DNA of 64,000 nucleotides from assembly GCF_037042905.1 (NCBI RefSeq), contig NC_087263.1, positions 11,968,001-12,032,000 of the forward strand, read 5' to 3'. Origin of the DNA: Lytechinus pictus. Its lineage: Eukaryota. How positions within the stretch are numbered: position 1 is the stretch's first letter; every line of letters starts with the position of its first letter. Position numbers and translations under genes: made by a program. Shown here piece by piece: positions 1-10,540 of this stretch. The notes beneath the pieces are model-generated. The model was not told the DNA's origin and searched no databases. It was given only the letters and a program-made list of their open reading frames with translations.

Positions 1-340
1 TATCCTAATGAAAAATCACAAAGGTCATTTGAGAAAAGTTGATCATGAGCTAACCGTGAACTGGCTTATTCAGTTGCGTTTTGTCTTATTGATAATGCAA
101 GTACGATTAGTTTTTATGGATATCTATCACTTAATGTAATTTCTTAGTAGCTTTGTTGTTTTAAGGACACCATAGGAAACATTGGCTGGCTAGCTTCCAC
201 TCCTTTAATTTTTGCCCTTATAGCTGCCCATATATAGAAATTTACCCCAAACTTACGCGCCACTTACACGGCCTTTTGTAACAAGCCTATCATATATGGA
301 CAAGAATGAGCTCCAAAACTCAACTATATAATATACTTAC

Positions 341-481
341 CAGAGAGGGTGAGGCAGATGCCTACAGTAACTGCGGTTTTCAAGAAAGCACAGGCAATTA
401 AACACAACGCTGACAACAGACCGCCAGACATAGCAACGGCTCGATGGTTGGCTCTACGGAGAGCGAGGGTTACAAAAGGAC
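341..481 (-). CDS. SLC16/monocarboxylate transporter-like MFS protein, coding exon 2 (gene continues beyond the left edge)
   Basis: Minus strand: pyrimidine tract plus TAAG acceptor (AG at 483-482), 141-nt phase 1-1 exon, GTAAGT donor at 340-335. It translates as (C)PFVTLALRRANHRAVAMSGGLLSALCLIACAFLKTAVTVGICLTLS(G), resembling the TM2-TM4 region of SLC16 proteins. The phase matches exon 1. Confidence 0.88.
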
Positions 482-2223
482 CTTAATATTGTGAGAGAAA
501 GGGGAAAATTTGAGTTTCATATATATGAAAATATTTCACTTGTTTGTTTTCTGTGTTTTTTTTTGTCATATTTTTGTAAAGCGCTTTGAGCATGATCATG
601 GAAAGGCGCTTAATAAATATTTAATGTATGTATAAGTTTTAATTAGATATTATAATTCTCATGTGAAATTAAAACAACCAAAATTACCAAAGGTCTTTAT
701 CAATTTCGAATAAATAATGACATACGCCATTGTTCACCATGTCCACTAGAAAATACACGGAACACTTTCATGGAACGCTCTCAATGCTAAGATTTTCACA
801 ATTTTCTCTGCCAATATTATTCATGATCATGCGTTTATCTTCTTTGAATTCATAATTCCCTGATTCCTGTAAATTCCACTTTGTAAAATCATCATTACCC
901 CGTGTGTGTTCGTTTGTTAACCTATCTTTGCACTTAAAGTCATTTAGAATTTGGGCCCGGGTATACCATAGGCTAGCAGTTTTAGAAGTTTCGCTACATT
1001 GTTCGTCTTTTTAATTCATTTATACTTATATCTTTAATTTTTATTAATGATATATTTGTATTATATATATTGTATACATTTCTATATTTCTGATTTGCAT
1101 GTTGCAAAATGGATGTAGAAATTAAATAAACCAATAAATTCAAATGGTATATTGGAAACATTTCATTCTTTAATTTTAAGTATATGATTAATCCTGTTAA
1201 TTAAATCTCCTTGCATTTTTTCCTTGCCTGAGAATATTAATATCTTATTTATAACAACCAGTATATCATGCTAAGTATACATGGAAAATATTTTGTTTAA
1301 TGAATTGGAGAAAGGAATATATGAGTAAATCTTTGTTTTTAAATAGTCTTTTATTTAACACTATTGACTTTGAAAAGGCCGGAGAGATGTAACAATAATT
1401 ATTCATTATAGGAAGAGACATAATACTTATTTTGACACGGAAAGTGATTAATTGGATACAGTTCTTTTGACTTACTGACTGGCAATTTGTTAAATCAAAC
1501 ACTAACTCTATCTAGGGCATTAATCTCTTTATTACCAAGGAGGAACATAATTTACATCCTCGTTGTGCAGAGAGTATATTTTCATTGTTATGTAATAAAG
1601 CAAAATATATGATTCGATTTGATTTATTGTTCTTTTCTGCATACCTTCATATAATGTGTGCAAAACATTTTTTGTATAACATAACAGAAAATACATAACA
1701 TAAAATTATTTACTGTTATTGGCATGAATTAAATAATAAATGTACAATGGCCCAAAATAAATTTAATAACAATTACACTACAAAAAATCCGGTGTTGATT
1801 CAACACCAGCCCGGAATCTATATATGTGGCCCGTATTTTGAAGTCGGGTTTAAATTAAACCCAAGTTTAAAGTTGTGGTTTAACTATGGAGAGCCAATTG
1901 GAGCACAAATCCCTAACAGTACACATTTAATATATTAACTCACACGACATCCAAATTGTTTATAATCATGATAATTGTCTGGGAATGATAATGAAGTATT
2001 TTTCTTCATTATGAAAGCAAAAGGAAACAAAATAGTAAACGTAAGAAATATACAATATAAACAGAATTTTTGAACGTTTATAGAATGGGTATATTTTAAT
2101 ACGAAAACCATCAGTTTATAATAAAGATGGAGATGGTGAGGATAAGGATGACCGGGTGATAATGTTGAAGATGAAAGCTATGGAGATGATGATGGTCATA
2201 AGGGAGATAATGGTGAAGATTAA

Positions 2224-2876
2224 AGGGGAATCCAACCCAAATAAAAACTTTTTTTTATAAGAAAAAGAAAAATCAGACAAGTTGATAGGTGTAAGTTTGA
2301 ACAATATTGGAGAAACAACAAGAAAGTTATGAATTTTTAAAAGTTGTAAATATTGGTAATCACTATACCCATGGAGACTTCAAATTGGCCGCGCATAGGA
2401 TGTCATAGTGATGTAAGGCAAGGACTACTCTTCCATTTACTCCAATACATATTATGGCTAAAATGTCATTTTTCCCAAAAGTTTTATTTCATATCATATT
2501 TTTCATTTTTGAGGACATGAAACAATATACCTGGGTTATATTAACATTACTGTCCCAGGGGAATGGGTACTTAGGAGAAAACCACAAATCCCTGATGATT
2601 AAGTACATGGCCTGTATTGGAAAGTTGTCCTTGCACCACTGAACTGAAAACTGAACTGAACTGAAAATACGTATTTCTAGTTCAGTGCCTTGCACCTTGT
2701 CATAATTTACTTACCCAGATGCCAATTTGAAATCTACATACTATTCGTGATCTCAGTTTTAAAGCAGCTGTTACTTTCTTATTGCCTGTCCGCTTTCTTT
2801 CAAACTCTCACCATTCTGTTTAATTTATTTTTCTCCTTCCCAACACAACATTTTACGGCCAAGGCTGGATTCCCCT
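2224..2876 (+). mobile_element. Kolobok-type MITE family B (AGGGGAATCC termini, TTAA flanks)
   Basis: TTAA|AGGGGAATCCAACCC...GGCTGGATTCCCCT|TTAA; homologous to 5142-5744 and 20354-20950; carries a 51-bp internal insertion. Confidence 0.85.
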
Positions 2877-3236
2877 TTAAAGCTGTGGAGATGATGATGG
2901 TCATGATGGAGATAATGGTGATGATTAAATCGAAGAAAGAGTTATTTCATAATAAACTGGAACATTGATACAGAAAATTTACTTCAATATTCTAATGATA
3001 ACATGTATTTAACGTTTGCCTTAAATGAGTAAGGAGACGACCTTTTTTATACATATAGTCTGGATGGGAGTTCCGTATAATCAGGATCATGGTGTCTTAT
3101 AGATCTCTGCGCAATATACAATTTAATGCAATTTAAGGGTTAATTAATGAAAATTTTAGGAATTACGGGTAGGACAACAATGAATAGATGTGTTTATAGT
3201 ATAAAAATGGGGGAATGAATGTGGCAGCATGTTATT

Positions 3237-3396
3237 CAGGGGCCGCGGAAGCGGGGGGCTGGGGGAGCTTCAGCCCCCCCCCCCCCCCACTCTTTTTCAA
3301 AAACCGTGTACAAAAACGTCAAAATGACAATATCATTGTGATTTTTTGCAGGGTTAGCCCCCCCCCCCCCCCTTGAAAACCGTTCCGCGGCCCCTA
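3237..3396 (+). mobile_element. MITE with CAGGGGCCGCGGAA terminal inverted repeats
   Basis: TIR CAGGGGCCGCGGAA/TTCCGCGGCCCCT; same family as 13956-14106 and 14117-14256. Confidence 0.8.
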
Positions 3397-3412
3397 TTAT
3401 TTACGTACTTAA

Positions 3413-4015
3413 AGGACAAGTCCACCCCAACAAAAACTTGATTTGAATAAAAAGAGAAAAATTCAACAAGCAAAACACTGAAAATTTCATCAAAATCGGA
3501 TGTAAAATAAGAAAGTTATGACATTTTAAAGTTTCGCTTCATTTCACAAAACAGTTATATGCACATCTCGGTCAGTATGCAAATGAGGGAACTGATGACA
3601 TCACTCACTCACTATTTCTTTTGTATTTTATTATATGAAATATGAAAAATTTTGATTTTCTCGTCATTGTCATGTGAAATGAAGTTTCATTCCTCTCTGA
3701 ACACGTGAAATTCCATTATTTTAACATTTTGTGCTTCAGGCAAGGAGGTCCTAATCATCAAATTCGTAAAAATTGAAATATTGTACAATTCAAACAATAA
3801 AAAACAAAAGAAATAGTGAGTGAGTGACATCATCGACTCTCTCATTTGGATGTAACTGGCTCGTTCATATAACTATTTTGTTAAAAAAGAGCGAAACTTT
3901 GAAATGTCATAACTTTCTTATTTTACATCCGATTTTGATGAAATTTTCAGCATTGTGCTTGTTAAATTTTTCTCTTTTTATTCAAATCAACATTTTTCTG
4001 AGGTGGACTTGACCT
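3413..4015 (+). mobile_element. Kolobok-type MITE family A (AGGACAAGTCCACC termini, TTAA flanks)
   Basis: TTAA|AGGACAAGTCCACC...GGTGGACTTGACCT|TTAA with long imperfect inverted arms; nearly identical to 17537-18139. Confidence 0.9.
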
Positions 4016-4129
4016 TTAAACATCAGCAGTAAACTTTGAAGTGAATTGTGTCAAATACTGTCTAGAGTATTTTGTTTGTGGATTACTGGATTTGTGTGTG
4101 ATAGACAAGGCGATTTGGTACAAATTTAT

Positions 4130-4620
4130 ACATCATATATGTTCATTCCAATTTAAATTTTCATCTATTGTGACGCCTAAAAACTTTGTTTCCTTTCTTT
4201 TCTTTTTAGAGGAATGATATCTATGATAATGTTGTAAGGGAATTCCGTTATGTGAATTCGTATGTTTGAAATACATAAAGTTGAATTTGTCTATATTACG
4301 TGAAAGCTTATTACACTTAAACCACAAAGACAATTTTGACAATTCACGATTTAATGTATCTGCTAAAGTTCCTAAGTTTTTGTGTTAACAAAAAATGTTT
4401 GTCATGTGCAAACAATGCAAATGATAGCAAAGGCGTTACAATAGTCAAATCATAAATATTTTTAGGAAAAGCAAGGGGCGTAAGATCGATCATTGAGATA
4501 CTCTGCATGTTATTGTCTGAAAATTGGAAGAAATATTATTGTGAATTACATACTCTCAAACCATGAAAGTGAGATTCCTCGAGTTCCATAAATTTCAAGT
4601 TTTTGAAGTAAAATATTGTT
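4130..4620 (-). pseudogene. Decayed LINE (CR1/L2 group) reverse transcriptase fragment
   Basis: ORF 4133-4342 contains WFKCNKLS...KFLGVTIDENLNWNEHI, homologous to WIQANKLSLN...KFLGIFIDCKLSWKVHI in the 7807-9636 ORF. Flanking frames are broken; boundaries approximate. Confidence 0.75.
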
Positions 4621-4703
4621 GTCGAGAGTATCGAATGTTTTGCTTAAGTCATGCATACTATTTTATTATGTTCTTTATTTGCCATTGCATTTGAAATTTT
4701 GTC

Positions 4704-4992
4704 CACTAGCGTACCTACGGGGGCAGGGGGCAGTCTGCCCCCCCCCTGACGAGCCACAACCCATGCAAAGGACGTATCCCTGCCCCTCCCCCCCCCCCCA
4801 TGACGAGCTTCAAGACCTTTTTTGCCCCTCCTGACGAGCTTGAAGACCCTTTTTTTGCTTGACAATTTTTTTTTGGTACGAAATCCTTTATTTGTGTTTG
4901 AAGACCTTTTATTTTTTTTTTGCTTGTCATTTTTTTTTGGCGGACGGTTTTGCCCCCCCCCCCCCCTGTGGAAAATCCTAGGCACGCCACTG
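4704..4992 (+). mobile_element. hAT-type MITE (CACTAGCGTACCTA...TAGGTACGCCACTG family), 8-bp TSD
   Basis: Perfect 8-bp TSD ATTTTGTC at 4696-4703 and 4993-5000; internal CTGACGAGCTTGAAGACC repeats. Confidence 0.88.
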
Positions 4993-5141
4993 ATTTTGTC
5001 GTATATATTATAGTCGTATATACGCCTATTATACTTCATACTTGTATTATTTTAATGCAGAAATAAAGTTATCAAACGAACTTCTAGAAATTTCCGTAGA
5101 AATCGGTACATGCATCAAACAATCATACATATATTTGTTAA

Positions 5142-5744
5142 AGGGGAATCAAGCCTTGGCCATAAAATGTTGTGTTGGGAATGAGAAAAATCAATTTAAC
5201 AGAATGGTGAAAGTTTGAATGAAATCGGACAAGCAATAAGAAAGTTATAGCTGCTTTAAAATTGAGATCATTAATAGTATGTAGATTTCAAATTGGCAAC
5301 TGGGTAAGTAAATTATGACAAGAGGCAAGGACAACTTTCCCATAGGCCAAGTACTTTATTATCAGGGATTTGTGGTTTTCTCCTATAGGGACCAATTCCA
5401 CTGGGGCAGTAATCTAAATATAACCCAGGTAGTATATTGTTTTATGTCCTCATGAAAGAAAAATGTAATTTGAACTAAAACTTTTGGGAAAAATGACATT
5501 TTAGCCATAATATGTATTGGAGTAGGCCTACATGGAATAGTAGTCCTTGCCTTACATCACTATGACATCCCATATGCGGCCAGTTTGAAGTCTCCATGGG
5601 TATAGTGATTACCAATATTTACAACTTTTGAAAATTTATAACTTTCTTGTTGTTTGTCCAATATTGTTCAAACTTTCACCAATCAACTTGTCTGATTTTT
5701 CTTTTTCTTGTAAAAACAAGTTTTTATTTGGGTTGGATTCCCCT
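5142..5744 (-). mobile_element. Kolobok-type MITE family B
   Basis: TTAA-flanked reverse-orientation copy of 20354-20950. Confidence 0.88.
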
Positions 5745-6214
5745 TTAAAGATCAGTTGTAATCGAGAGTTGAATTTGGCGCAAGCTGTTTTTTTTTACAC
5801 GCTGGATAAAATGGGTGAATTCTCGATGAACATTGATCTTTGGTGCCACTCCAACATGTCCAAAGACAGCATCTGTGAATCGTAAGAACACCCTTTACGT
5901 ACTTAGCCAAATACTTTTGACTAGTTTCCATCAATACTACTTTCATTCTGCACTTAAAAACACATGATATAAGTTACAGAATAAATCATTCAATAATGAT
6001 AATAATAATAATAGTGTGAAACATATAACGCTTAATACATGACTTATAAGCGTTGCATACAATTACAATGAATAAAATGAAAGAGATCAGTAAATAAATG
6101 CTATCTTTAGGACTTTTGTCATCCTAACCGTTTACCCTGTGCAACCTTCGGCAGCCAGGGAAAAGGATAGCAAACTTAAAGGTACTATTGTCAATAAAAA
6201 CTTTATTATCTTAC

Positions 6215-6410
6215 ATATTAGATACATTATCGCCGGAGGCATACTGCATATCAACCCAATCGTTGCATAGTCTGACTCCAGACGCTCAACTAAGGTGGGA
6301 ATCAGAACGCCGAACGACTTTTCTATTCCGGTATCAATAAAAAGGATAACGAACTTGCTCAAAACAATCACATATCCCCAGGAATCGACGCGGGAATTTG
6401 CGGCGGCCAT
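6215..6410 (-). CDS. SLC16/monocarboxylate transporter-like MFS protein, first coding exon
   Basis: ATG at 6410 in AAAATGG context. MAAANSRVDSWGYVIVLSKFVILFIDTGIEKSFGVLIPTLVERLESDYATIGLICSMPPAIMYLI carries the SLC16 N-terminal D-x-W-G-(W/Y)-V-(I/V) and G-x-x-K-S-F-G-V motifs. GTAAGA donor at 6214; 196 nt, so phase 1, and T+GT joins exon 2 as a Cys codon. Confidence 0.9.
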
Positions 6411-6574
6411 TTTGCACTAAAATCAGCAGCATTTATGAGTATAATGAGTGTGCATACATATAGGCCTACTATTCATGGAGCGATATTGATAGCTCCATTA
6501 TATTGCATCTTTGTTCACGCAACTTCATAAACGCAGCATCTCTTTTCATTCGAGTCACATACCATAACCCGGTA

Positions 6575-6949
6575 CACTAGCGTACCTACGGGGGGGGGCA
6601 GGGGGGCAGTCTGTCCCCCTGACGAGTCACAACCCATGCAAAAGACGTATCCATGCCCCCCCTAACGAGCTTGAAGACCTTTTGCCCCCTGACGAGCTTG
6701 AATTTTGTCCCCCCCCCCCCCCCCCCCCCCCCTCCCCCCCTGACGAGCTTGAGCTTGAAGACTTTTTTTTCTGGTAGGAAATCCTTTATTTTTTAGTGAA
6801 GACCTTTTTTTGGGCTTGTCATTTTTTTTTTCTGGTACGAAATCCTTTATTTGTGATTTAAGACTTTTTTTTTGCTTGTCAAATTTTTTGGCCGACGGTT
6901 TTGCCCCCCCCCCCCCCTGTGGAAAATCCTAGTAGTAGGTACGCTACTG
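6575..6949 (+). mobile_element. hAT-type MITE (CACTAGCGTACCTA family), 165 bp upstream of the SLC16 ATG
   Basis: Same TIRs as 4704-4992; TSD ACCCGGTA/ACACGGTA (1 mismatch). Confidence 0.85.
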
Positions 6950-7531
6950 ACACGGTACAAACAAACAGAACGATTCTAATATAGGGCCCATATGCCTTTT
7001 TTAGTTATCGTATTATTAATATATGGATGAATGGATCGTGTTGTTCGCATGGATAGACTCTCGAATCGAGATCAGCTTCAATGTTGTTGAGGCCTACAAG
7101 GGGATCATTATTTCGAGCCTCCATTCTTACTTCGCAATATCGTACCGTATCCAATGGGTATTGCACGAACGATGCAGGGGAGGCGCTATACCGCGGTCCC
7201 GCGCGTTTCCGAAGAGCGTTTCATGAAAGGACTTGTCAGACGTTTTATCCGACAAGTATTGTTTTATCCGACAGTTACTATGGTAACAGTGTCTATCAGC
7301 CAATCATAATCAAGGAAAGTTGTCAGATCTGACAACTTGTCGGATGAAAATGTTGATGAAACACTCCCCCGTTCTACACCCTGGCGAAGGCAATCTCCGG
7401 AAGGGGGCAAGCGACGAACACCCCCTTTCCTATTTTTCGACTTATAGATAAATAGGAAGGCGAAGCAAGGGAGAAAGAAGAGAACCAAACCAAGTCTACC
7501 TTGATTTTCCGTAATAAGCCAGTTTGGAGTT

Positions 7532-9671
7532 CTATTCTGATTTATTGTTTCACATTCCACAAAAACATACATTGAACATAATTATGAGAAGATGACAAAA
7601 AATACATAGTTGTAGTGTTTTACAAAGAAATACAATATCGTGAAATATGAGGAACCTATTAAAAAGCAAAGCTTGTAGACATATAGGTTCCCAGAAGAAA
7701 ATAATCAAGGATTAACAACTCCTAACGCAATGAAGCGAGATAAATCAAATGTAGAAAAATAAGACATTATAAAGAGTTCAACATGATAGTCACTCGAGCA
7801 AGGCGCTTACCCACTAGCGTACGATTGTAAAAGAAATATTTTCAGCCTACATTTAAAAGAATATAAAGAGGGCGCCTCAATTATATGGGTGTCTAAATTA
7901 TTCCAAAAGGAAGGCCCTGTAAAAGTAAATGATTTAAGGGCAAGAACAGTGCGCACTGGGGAAATGTGGAAATTGTGTACTTGTCGAGTTGGGTAGGAAT
8001 GGATTTCTTGATTTTGAACAAGCAAATCAGAGAATACACTCGGTAATTCCCGTCTATTTAGTTGATACATAAATATACCAACAAAATAATAATATAAATC
8101 GGTTACTTTCAATAACTTGTTTGAATAAAATAGCGGATTAGTATGAGCCAGAAAGTCAGAAGAAGAAATTATCCTCACGGCTCTTTTTTGAATTTTAAGT
8201 ATGGATTCAAGTTTTGTCTTAGAGGCATTTCCCCAGGCTAAAATTCCATAATTCAGATATGGTAACAATAGAGTAGAATACAATAATTTCAAAATGTGAT
8301 GAGGAAAATGAGGCTTAAGTTTATTAATTACTCCAAGATTTCTTGAGAGCAATTTACAAAGGTGATCAATATGAACTTTCCATGATAATTTACAATCAAT
8401 AAAGATACCAAGAAATTTTGTTGATTCAATTTGTTCTAAAACATTACCATTCATATAAACAAGACCTGGCAATGTGTGTAATGAGTTGCTAAAAACCATA
8501 TAATGTGTCTTTTTAAAATTTAGGGATAATTTATTAGCTTGTATCCAATCACACACAGAGCATAATTCAACATTTAGTCTTTCTAGAAGGATTTGAGGAT
8601 TGCTGTGTGTAAAAAATAAGCTCGTGTCATCTGCGAAAAGAAGAAATGATAATAAAGAGGATGAGTTTTGGAAATCATTGATGTATAAAATAAATAGCAA
8701 TGGACCCAAAAGGGAACCCTGAGGCACGCCACATGCAATGTGCTGTATTTCAGAATTGGAGTTATTAATGACTACAAATTGACTTCTGTTTATAAGGTAA
8801 CTTCTGAACCACTCCAAGGCCTTTCCACGAATTCCATAATGAGAAAGTTTGTATAAAAGTATTTCATGGTTGATCGTGTCAAAGGCCTTGGAGAAGTCCA
8901 GAAAAATACCAGCAACATGAGATTTTTTATCAATTGCCTTGGTAACTTTATCGATTAATAACATTATTGCATGAACGGTTGAATGCTTTTTACGAAAGCC
9001 AAATTGTGAGTTAATAAAAACATTACAATTCGTAAGAAATTTTATTGTACGAGAATATACTGTTTTTTCTAAAATTTTGGAGAAAGTAGTCAGCAGGGAA
9101 ATAGGGCGATAGTTACCCAATTCATCCTCTGAACCTTTTTTATGGATAGGTATAACTTTAACAACCTTCATTTTATTAGGAACAATACCACACTGTAGAG
9201 AAAGATTGTATATGTGCGTCAAGGGCATCACGATTTCACGAATTATTTTAATGAGAAAATCATAAGAAATATCATCAAAACCAGAACTTTTTTTCGCCGG
9301 TAGATTTTTAACTATTTCTATAATTTCGTGTTCAGAAACAGGTGAAAAGAATATGGTTCGAGGATTTCGGTTTGGCAAAAAAGAATAAAAGGGTTTGCTA
9401 CTATTAGGTATAGTATTAGCCAAATTTGGGCCGATGTTTACAAAGAAAGAATTGAATGCTTCGGCAATATCTGTATCATCTGTAATTTCCTTATTTTGTT
9501 GGACGATCCTATTAATATTCTTTTTCGATCCTTCCTTCTTAAAAACTTGATTTATCACTTTCCACGTTGACCTTGTATCTTTTTTATGAGTTTCAAATAA
9601 AGAGAAAAAATACTTTCTTTTAGCTTGTCTCAGCACAGATGTTAGGGTATTTCTATAAATACCCTATTCTG
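7532..9671 (-). mobile_element. 5'-truncated non-LTR retrotransposon (CR1/L2 group LINE)
   Basis: Uninterrupted RT ORF, 3' UTR with a stem-loop (7651-7691), AATAAA at 7546-7541 and a short tail; candidate 8-bp TSD CTATTCTG at 7532-7539 and 9664-9671. Confidence 0.88.
7807..9636 (-). CDS. LINE ORF2 fragment: reverse transcriptase (no endonuclease domain present)
   Basis: 609 aa with SSGFDDI, NYRPISLL, QFGFR, FLDFSKAFDT, GVPQGSLLGPLLF, FADD and KFLG motifs. The frame extends upstream as YRNTLTSVLRQAKRKY to about 9660, where homology stops, so the track's start codon is not a true start. Confidence 0.93.
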   Translation of the reverse strand: MLRQAKRKYFFSLFETHKKDTRSTWKVINQVFKKEGSKKNINRIVQQNKEITDDTDIAEAFNSFFVNIGPNLANTIPNSSKPFYSFLPNRNPRTIFFSPVSEHEIIEIVKNLPAKKSSGFDDISYDFLIKIIREIVMPLTHIYNLSLQCGIVPNKMKVVKVIPIHKKGSEDELGNYRPISLLTTFSKILEKTVYSRTIKFLTNCNVFINSQFGFRKKHSTVHAIMLLIDKVTKAIDKKSHVAGIFLDFSKAFDTINHEILLYKLSHYGIRGKALEWFRSYLINRSQFVVINNSNSEIQHIACGVPQGSLLGPLLFILYINDFQNSSSLLSFLLFADDTSLFFTHSNPQILLERLNVELCSVCDWIQANKLSLNFKKTHYMVFSNSLHTLPGLVYMNGNVLEQIESTKFLGIFIDCKLSWKVHIDHLCKLLSRNLGVINKLKPHFPHHILKLLYSTLLLPYLNYGILAWGNASKTKLESILKIQKRAVRIISSSDFLAHTNPLFYSNKLLKVTDLYYYFVGIFMYQLNRRELPSVFSDLLVQNQEIHSYPTRQVHNFHISPVRTVLALKSFTFTGPSFWNNLDTHIIEAPSLYSFKCRLKIFLLQSYASG

Positions 9672-9842
9672 CGCATGATCAGAAGAAGGTAATTCGGACT
9701 CAAAGTGACACGGTGGTTTGAATTAATATCTAGTGAGATATAAGCACCATTTTGTCTTGACTATTCATCATTCTGTTCTATTGAATTTTGTTTTTCAGTA
9801 GATGCACACAAAACAGCAATGCGCCCACTATTTCACAATATT

Positions 9843-10035
9843 ATATTATTATAATTATTATCATTATTATAATTATTGTTATTATCATTATCATATCATT
9901 GTTATTATTACTATTATTATTATTGTTACTATTATTATTATTATCATTATTATTACTATTATTATTATCATTATTATCATTATTATTATCATCATTATTA
10001 TTATTATTATTATATTATTAATACTACTAATATTA
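9843..10035. repeat. (ATT)n/(ATC)n microsatellite
   Basis: Direct reading of the sequence. Confidence 0.95.
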
Positions 10036-10068
10036 TCAAGCCCGGGGTAGAAGTTGGCCATTCTATTA

Positions 10069-10310
10069 CACTGCAAAAACTCCGGTGTTGATTTAACACC
10101 AGCTCAGAATCTATATATGTCCACACCCGTGAAGTGTTAAACAGCACCAGTTTCGTTTTGGTCTAACACCGGAAAGGTGTTTATACAACACCAATTAGTA
10201 TTAAAACAGCATCGGTTTGATTCCTAACTGGTGTTGTTTCAATACTTCTTTGGTGTGGACATATATAGATTCCGGGCTGGTGTTAAACCAACACCAGAGT
10301 TTTTGCAGTG
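10069..10310 (+). mobile_element. CAC..GTG-terminated MITE (animal EnSpm/CACTA-like), 2-bp TA flanks
   Basis: TA|CACTGCAAAAACTCCGGTGTTG...CAACACCAGAGTTTTTGCAGTG|TA; a left-end fragment also occurs at about 1775-1827. Confidence 0.8.
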
Positions 10311-10540
10311 TAGTGTTTACAGCTGAGCAATTGTCGCCAGAGCAAATGTCATGGAACCGTCGCGACGCGTCGCTGCTGCTAATTTATTGCTGTGTCTGTT
10401 GTTTTTGTTATATTCGGATCACTGAAAGCCCGGACTGAAAGAAGGGAACTGATAAATTAAATATGTTTTTATTCAATCTGCAAAGAGGAATTCCATAATT
10501 ATAAACAATTATTGTGAAAATGTAAATTATTGACTGTTAA

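Noticed and set aside
4746..4850. Repeated CTGACGAG motifs in the CACTAGCG MITEs as hammerhead cores or CRISPR-like repeats
   Set aside because: There is no stem II/GAAA partner, the spacers are homopolymer runs and the context is eukaryotic; these are MITE subterminal repeats.
7811..7821. CACTAGCGTAC matching the hAT-type MITE terminus at the LINE stop codon
   Set aside because: An 11-bp match inside an intact ORF, with no second terminus or TSD; treated as coincidence.
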